NCBI GenBank assembly: GCA_018238545.1
Contig: JABCTC010000032.1
Coordinates: 1-40,826, forward strand
Direction: 5' to 3'
Length of the DNA stretch: 40,826 nucleotides
From: Candidatus Heimdallarchaeota archaeon
GTDB taxonomy: Archaea > Asgardarchaeota > Heimdallarchaeia > Heimdallarchaeales > Heimdallarchaeaceae
In this document: positions 39,396 to 40,826 of the stretch, piece by piece
Position numbering within the stretch: the first letter of the stretch is position 1
Layout: the number at the start of each line of letters is the position of its first letter
Translations under genes and position numbers: made by a program
The notes under the pieces: generated by a model
What the model was told of the DNA's origin: nothing
The model's input: only the letters and a program-made list of their open reading frames with translations
Databases searched by the model: none

Positions 39396-40826
39396 ATGGC
39401 TACATCACTAGATTCTTTACCATTATTAAGAAATGGAGAGGAGTATCTAAGTCAAAGCAGAAAAACTTTGATTGGTACAAAAGGGGAAAAACTGCTAGAC
39501 GTTTCTATGTCACCTGAAATCCACATTCAGATGAGTTTACCAATTAACAAAAAAGCAGGTTTTTCACTATTACAAGATTTAAGCATAGATGAAATTATAG
39601 ACATTTATGTTGATGCTGGAAGAATTTTCGCCCAGGATATGTTAATCAATAACATCTCGACCTCACTGGAAGATTTTGCAGAATTGATCACGCGCTCAAC
39701 AGGAATGCCGATCAGCTATGTTAACAACGCCCTGAACATGATACCTCATGTATTCAAGAAAAGAGAATTGAAAAGGATTCTCAAAGCAAACAGCCCTACA
39801 GGAAATCTAGATATTTATGATAATAACGTTGGGGTAAGAGGAAACACTCGTTTTGGTTGGAGTCCAAGAGGTAGAAATGTTGGCGTTGCACTACCTGGGA
39901 ATCATCCAGGAGTTTCACTTATGGGTGCTCTTATGCCTCTTTTCAAGATGCCTACAATTATTCGAGCATCTTCTAATGAACCCTTCACTTCCTTCCGTAT
40001 TTGCAAAAGTTTGTGGGAAGCAGGATTACCCCCTGAATCATTATTCCACTTTGTCACAGATCACTCGGTAGTAGACACTATCGTTAGAAAAAGTGACCTA
40101 GGAGTGATATTTGGCTCAGAATGGATCCTAAAAGCTTACGAACATAATGAGAATATCAAGACATATGGACCAGGAAAAAGCAAGATACTAATCGATATTG
40201 AAAATATGTCTCCCACTCTACAAGAACTATCTCAAGAAATAGCTTATAGAAGCATCTCTTTAGATGGTGGTAGAGGTTGTATTAATGCAAGTGGCATCGT
40301 GTTTAGTGGAGACGATGGTTATGAGGAATTTCGAGATAATTTAGCTCAAAAATTAGCTTCTGCGGAACCTTTAGATCCAATGAATCCACGTGCAGAGATT
40401 CCAGCTATGAATCCTGACGCTGCAAGAGGACTTTACAAATTCATTAAAAGTCGGATGGATGACAGAATAACTAATATTACAGCTAAATTCAGAGACTCAG
40501 AAGACTTTCTAGTTATAAAAGACGATTTAGCATATCTTATGCCGACTTTACTTGAGTTGGGAGAAGAACACCAAATGAGAACTGATGAATATCCATTTTC
40601 TTTTGGAACGATAACCAAACCAGATGATTACTATCCTGAGGAACTTCTAGAAAATTCCTTATCTGTAGGCTATCTTACAGATAATCCAGTAAAAACTAAA
40701 AAATTACTTCGTAATCCAACTATCCAGAAAGTTTTCGTAAATGATCAAACATTCTTAATGGATATAGCAGCGCCTCATGAAGGATTTAATGCGGAGTTTC
40801 TGTATCGAAGTAAAGCTACAAACTAT
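39396..40826 (+). CDS. Aldehyde dehydrogenase/acyl-reductase-like protein (GriD/EhpG-like), open at the window end
   Basis: 477 codons from ATG 39396 (MATSLDSLPLLRNG) to the window end, absent from the ORF track because no stop is reached; LPGNHPGV, EPFT, GPGKSKILI, GGRGCINAS, EYPF, PHEG motifs. Confidence 0.85.
   Translation, partial: MATSLDSLPLLRNGEEYLSQSRKTLIGTKGEKLLDVSMSPEIHIQMSLPINKKAGFSLLQDLSIDEIIDIYVDAGRIFAQDMLINNISTSLEDFAELITRSTGMPISYVNNALNMIPHVFKKRELKRILKANSPTGNLDIYDNNVGVRGNTRFGWSPRGRNVGVALPGNHPGVSLMGALMPLFKMPTIIRASSNEPFTSFRICKSLWEAGLPPESLFHFVTDHSVVDTIVRKSDLGVIFGSEWILKAYEHNENIKTYGPGKSKILIDIENMSPTLQELSQEIAYRSISLDGGRGCINASGIVFSGDDGYEEFRDNLAQKLASAEPLDPMNPRAEIPAMNPDAARGLYKFIKSRMDDRITNITAKFRDSEDFLVIKDDLAYLMPTLLELGEEHQMRTDEYPFSFGTITKPDDYYPEELLENSLSVGYLTDNPVKTKKLLRNPTIQKVFVNDQTFLMDIAAPHEGFNAEFLYRSKATNY

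Noticed and set aside
1319-40618. Many short ORFs overlapping longer genes, antisense or in alternative frames (e.g. 1319-1540, 2776-3057, 16275-16664, 19617-19964, 33965-34285, 39853-40071)
   Set aside because: Shadow ORFs with no recognisable motifs lying over well-supported genes
1-40826. rRNA or tRNA genes
   Set aside because: No GC-rich structured segments or cloverleaf-like motifs seen by eye

Overview
AT-rich archaeal chromosomal segment, most consistent with an Asgard (Heimdallarchaeia-like) genome. This assignment is inferred from gene content, GAGGT(G) ribosome-binding sites and (S/T)G(F/Y)- or IPEL-TM-basic C-terminal sorting tails; it was not searched. The first ~1.3 kb (two receiver-domain genes and a 9-bp tandem repeat) looks bacterial and is fused in frame to an archaeal-style ORF, so it is a probable chimera. 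The rest encodes transporters (ArsB/NhaD-type permease, LolD/FtsX-type ABC, heterodimeric ABC exporter), many hydrolases, secreted beta-propeller surface proteins, three toxin-antitoxin-like pairs, a truncated tnpB and a GriD/EhpG-like aldehyde dehydrogenase running off the end. Several genes carry single-base frameshifts, in-frame stops or abrupt truncations, so sequence quality is a caveat throughout. The most interesting candidate is a frameshift-hidden secreted protein at 4611-5724(-). It has a signal peptide, a clan CD (caspase/gingipain/CHAT-like) His-Gly...Cys domain, a DDGGG/Pro linker and a hydrophobic helical domain, and is followed by a membrane protein: a possible self-processing toxin-immunity system. 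A second candidate is a relBE pair bracketed by three ~37-bp direct repeats that each encode an 'MGKEEEE'-type gene start.
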